DNA of 63,133 nucleotides, the filler included, from Basidiobolus meristosporus CBS 931.73 (lineage: Eukaryota; Fungi; Basidiobolomycota): assembly GCA_002104905.1 (NCBI GenBank). It is 3 parts of 3 records of this genome, joined end to end, with 100 filler letters (N's around TTAATTAATTAA, not from the genome) between each part and the next. Parts side by side here need not be neighbours in the genome. Positions count along the whole stretch, not along the records: positions 49,765 to 63,133 come from MCFE01001207.1; 2 more parts are not named here. One strand, given 5' to 3'. The notes under the pieces were generated by a model that worked only from the letters and a program-made list of their open reading frames with translations, was not told the DNA's origin and ran no database searches. Below are positions 59,259 through 63,133 of this stretch, one piece after another. The translations under genes and the position numbers were made by a program. The first letter of the stretch is position 1, and every line of letters begins with the position of its first letter.

Positions 59259-61005
59259 CTAGGTCTCCTTCGAATAAGCACCTGCAGCTGATGCGTTCTT
59301 CGACGCATCCTCATCCAAATGATCAAGTTTCACTCGGCGACGGGAGTCCTTCCTGAGGTATGGCTTGGTTAGTATGTTGCCGCCCATGGTTCTTCAACCA
59401 TCATCACTTACTTTCGCGGTAACCCTTCCTCTGACAGCTGATTGCTCGTAGATCGCTCCTTGCTGGAGATAAATTTGGGCGCGCTGACTCCTTTCAATAA
59501 GGGATTTTGTGCGTAATAACCGGAGCCTTTGGAGGATTGCGACTTTCTGGCCTCCTCCAGCTTGAGTTTCTCCAGTTCTTGAAGGGTTTCCTTCACTCCA
59601 TCGTCAGGTGCCTCAATGACCGGCCCAGTGACAACCTTCCGACCAAGCAGGTCGATGGTGATCGAGTGGGTTCCACGCTTTCTCCGGTCTTCCTCGAATG
59701 CTTTGCGCTTTTCTTGCTCTTGGTACAATTTCAGTGCAAGCGCCTTTTCTTGAGGGGACAACCATTTATCGCTCGGGTCCACTGGCATATTGAAGTCGGC
59801 TGCTTGATCGATGACATGACTTCTTCTGGCGCTGGTTCGGTCGTATTCCAGCAGTTGGTCCTTATGAGCCTGGGCCTTTGCCAGCGCTTCGGCATCCTCC
59901 GCATCACTTCGGCTGTGGGTACTGAGCCCAGTTACCTTATCAAGGTAAAGCATGTTGGATTTCTGCCCAGCTGGTACTTTGCGTCGAAAGTTGCTTTTCG
60001 ACTTCGCTTTCTTGGCTTTTTTCAGCTCCAACAGAAGTTCAATCTGCTGTTCTTGTGAGAAAACGGGGGTATTGCAAAACATGCACGGACCAGGGCCCTC
60101 TCTAGCGCAAATGATCTTCCCACAGTTCAGGCAGTTGGTTAGTAACGGATGTTTGGTGGCTAAATGGTCAGCGAGGGATTCGTTAGTTTAACGAGACGCG
60201 AGGTTATTCCAAAGCTACTTGGACCCTACCAAGGCAATCACATGGCGCTCTGGTGGCTGCAGTTTCTTTCATCAATTTGTTGTATTGCTCTTCCCACTCA
60301 GCAGTGGTCAACCCTTTCTTTTTTTTCGAGTTCTTCGAATCCTCTTCCTTGAGCGATGCAGAAGCCTCGGGAGAACCTGCCCACTGGAGGCTTTAGAGGG
60401 CCCAGCTTATCGGAAATGAGGAGGGATTGCTCCTTAGCTTTCTTTTTGGACTTCTTGGTGGTTCTAAAAGGCACAGTTTCAGTATCCCGCCTACAAAAAC
60501 CGCTCCGTTGAAAACTCAGCTACCTCCGGGCATGTAAACCTCGTCTTGTCGGATTTCCGATACACGTTGTTCTCATCTTTCCAAAGTTTTGTTTTGTTGG
60601 TTCGTTTGCCTAGTGGGTTTTAGTAAGGAACTTCCTCGCCGCGAGGGCTAGACGTAGTGGGTGCCTACCTTAAAGGGCTGTGTGTCTTGGTTGGTGGAAT
60701 TGATGCCACCTTTGCTTGGGAATCGGTTTTCGATGAACTCCTGAATAAATGCGGTGGCTTCCTGTGAGACGCCCAGCATTTCCTAACGGGTTCAAAAACA
60801 GCCGGTTCCAAGTTAGTGAATCGCCGATCTGTGGGTGGGCGGATTGGGCCACCGAAAGGTGCCTTACCTGTAAATGGCCAGCCAACTCGTCGGAAGTTTG
60901 AAACGTTAGCAGATATTGTACCATGGGTACGGCGTCCTCCGGGCCGAACCCAAGGAAATCCGCGATTCTAGTGCTAGCCCAGTCTTGGAGAGTATTTTGG
61001 TTCAT
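59259..61005 (-). CDS. RQT4: ASC-1/TRIP4 (RQC-trigger subunit Rqt4) homolog with C2HC5 zinc finger
   Basis: Spliced CDCLATKHPLLTNCLNCGKIICAREGPGPCMFC matches the zf-C2HC5 pattern. N-terminal PWI-like helices and the LLEYDRTSA.R..VID motif. Introns 60,783-60,867, 60,160-60,229 and 59,353-59,411. The structure in 60,230-60,668 is unresolved. Confidence 0.85.
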
Positions 61006-61276
61006 TGTGGGTGTATCTAATAGTGAAGCAGCAGTAACCTTGTCTGGCTGGATTGAAATCAACCACCCAAAAAATTCGTAGTTGATCTGATGCAATTCGC
61101 TCGAATGTGCAGGAATTGATGGACCGCCGCTGCTTGTCCGATAAACATCGAATTGATTTGATGGTTTATTTCATGTTACGACAATTATGTGGGCTTAGTA
61201 GGTTGGTCATTTGGGATGCTATCCTGTCTAGTATATGGTTTCCGTGGTTCCGTTTACTCTGAGGGATTCTTGGATT

Positions 61277-63133
61277 TCAGCTCTTGAACAGCCATTCAAC
61301 CATGATTGGAATACTTCCACAGGTACGTAGAACCTTGGTCATCTTTTCTTCATTGTATACATCCGTGTCTGCTTCCATAGCATTCATCGCTGAGTATCTC
61401 TTGACTAATGGCTGCGCCGAGTGCTTCTCAATGTTGATCTCTAACGTAACAATGCTGTGTGTGAACGGCTCTGCGAAGGAGGCGATGATACTGTATGGAG
61501 GATTGGGTGTGGAGATTTCTATTTGCATCAATGGATGGTCTATATCATCTGTTATGGAGAGGCGGGTTAAGATAGCTCGGTTGATCGAACGAGAATCGAG
61601 TGGTTCACTTACTCTGAATCAAGGCTTCCAGAGTGATCTCTTCGTTTTCTTGTTCGATGGAATATGAAGAGGCGTTGAAGCAGGATTGGAGTAGGCTGTT
61701 GAATACGATGTGGTGTCTCAGAATCTAAAACAAATCGGATAGTTGAGTTGACGGCGCTCGTGCTGTGTGAAATTCAATCTCACCTGTAGAAAGCCGAATA
61801 TCTGACTAGGGTTGGTGAAGGAATTCTACTTATTACCAGCCCCTCACTCAACTGGCTAACATAGGAGTATCTTTGACGTAGTTTGCTGTCTTCCATTTGC
61901 TTGTAAAGGGATTAGCACCGAATCTGGAACTAGTCGAAAGCCAACTTACCACTCTCCATTTGAACGAAGCATCCAGTGCCTTTTTGATAGTATCACGGGA
62001 CGCGTTCTCTGGGTTACAGGCCAAGATTGCTTCCTTAATCTAATGTGATTGAGTTAGTAATTTTTGGTGGGATGGGATAGAGCCATGCTGCTAACCAAGA
62101 GCTCTTGCAAAGATACGGGACTGCCACTTGTGTTGGAATCTAAGCCAAGGCAGGAATAACAGGTTGGGGATTCAACTACAATTGGCAATTTCCCTCAAGA
62201 ATGCCGGTACAACTGGTACGGGTGCTCAAGCCAAGCAACAAAGCGTGCTGGAGCAGGCAGGGTCAGTGGCCCTATGGGTTTTAAAAACTGAGCAGGCATA
62301 GGCAACAAGCTTCCAACTGATTCGGTCAAAACGCCATATTCCCTAATAGAATACATAACATCTTAGTGGACCGATCATATAGACATCAAGTGGGTTGAAC
62401 AATACCCCGACTCTTCTTCTAGAACTTTGGTTGCGGATTCCTGATCTGAAAGCAAGTATTGTGCTTTGGTGTTCGGCAAAAATAGCCCCGAAGTGTCAGA
62501 GTCCTCCATGCTAAAGCAAGCACGGTGAAACTTCGCAAGCGTTTGCCGGTTATCTACTACATGGTAAGGCAGTAAGACTCCAATGCTCGATTCACTAGAA
62601 TGCCGGCTCGTTTATAATACCTTGATCAACCCAACTTTCAAAATTCGAGAGGTCGACATCTATCAAGGTCTCTTTAGATCCCAGTATATTAAAGATGGCC
62701 CGGGCCAGCCGATATTGGATAGCGGTATGCCATGGCCAACCAAGAGTACAGCCTCAATATCATTTGAGCTGCTAGACCTAGAGATAGAGTCACGTCAGAT
62801 CGGAAGAATCGTGTATGGCTGGTGGGAGAAAAGTACATTTCTTGAGCAAATATGCTTTTCATGTCTTTGTATATAGAGCTGATGCAGTGCGGGAAGTCCA
62901 CCTGTGGGCAGTTGTTTGCAAATCGGTCGAGAACGGCCAACGCAGACAGGTTTTTCTTGAATCCTTGGATGTTCTTCGTCCTTTGGGGGAAAGAGGTGAG
63001 TATGCGTAGAATGGTGCAAATAGAGTAACTAGATGGGTACTTGAGGTTATTAGCAAGCAATTGGTCCACCTGAAGAAATATTATTCAGTCTACAGAATAA
63101 TCTAGGCTTGTGATCACAAACCCGAACCTTTTC
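61277..63133 (-). CDS. 3' part of an unidentified multi-exon protein gene (5' end outside the window)
   Basis: Successive plausible coding segments separated by short GT-AG-like gaps. The last exon ends ...CGSIPIMVEWLFKS-stop. No family recognised. Confidence 0.5.

Noticed and set aside
59507-60058. 183-aa plus-strand ORF
   Set aside because: Antisense shadow of the RQT4 coding exon, with no independent features.

Overview
Eukaryotic, almost certainly fungal, DNA. Evidence for this: short GT-AG introns, a Ty5-type PBS matching fungal tRNA-iMet, TTAGGG motifs and an RQT4 gene. The window has two sharply different domains. (1) 1-49,664 is a strongly CpG-depleted stack of nested transposons. 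It holds two Ty1/Copia families (one full copy each with LTRs and TSD, plus relics), three nested copies of one Ty3/Gypsy family, three solo or truncated LTRs of other families, and several decayed CACTA/EnSpm-type DNA transposons with a divergent second ORF and a 784-bp triplication. It also holds a polar head-to-tail array on the minus strand (12,802-19,899) of an APE-type LINE and a tRNA-derived SINE. These two share a 3' stem-loop tail ending in CCCCCCTA and carry telomere-like CCCTAA motifs at their 5' ends; this is the most interesting object in the window. (2) After a 100-bp scaffold gap, 49,765-63,133 is gene-dense with normal CpG. It holds a small beta-rich gene broken by a tandem duplication, two paralogous Ser/Thr-rich GPI-type surface proteins sharing a pre-anchor DGQ motif, an F-box/LRR gene, RQT4/TRIP4 and the 3' part of an unidentified multi-exon gene. 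All coordinates and alignments were read by eye, with no database searches. Exon models are predictions.
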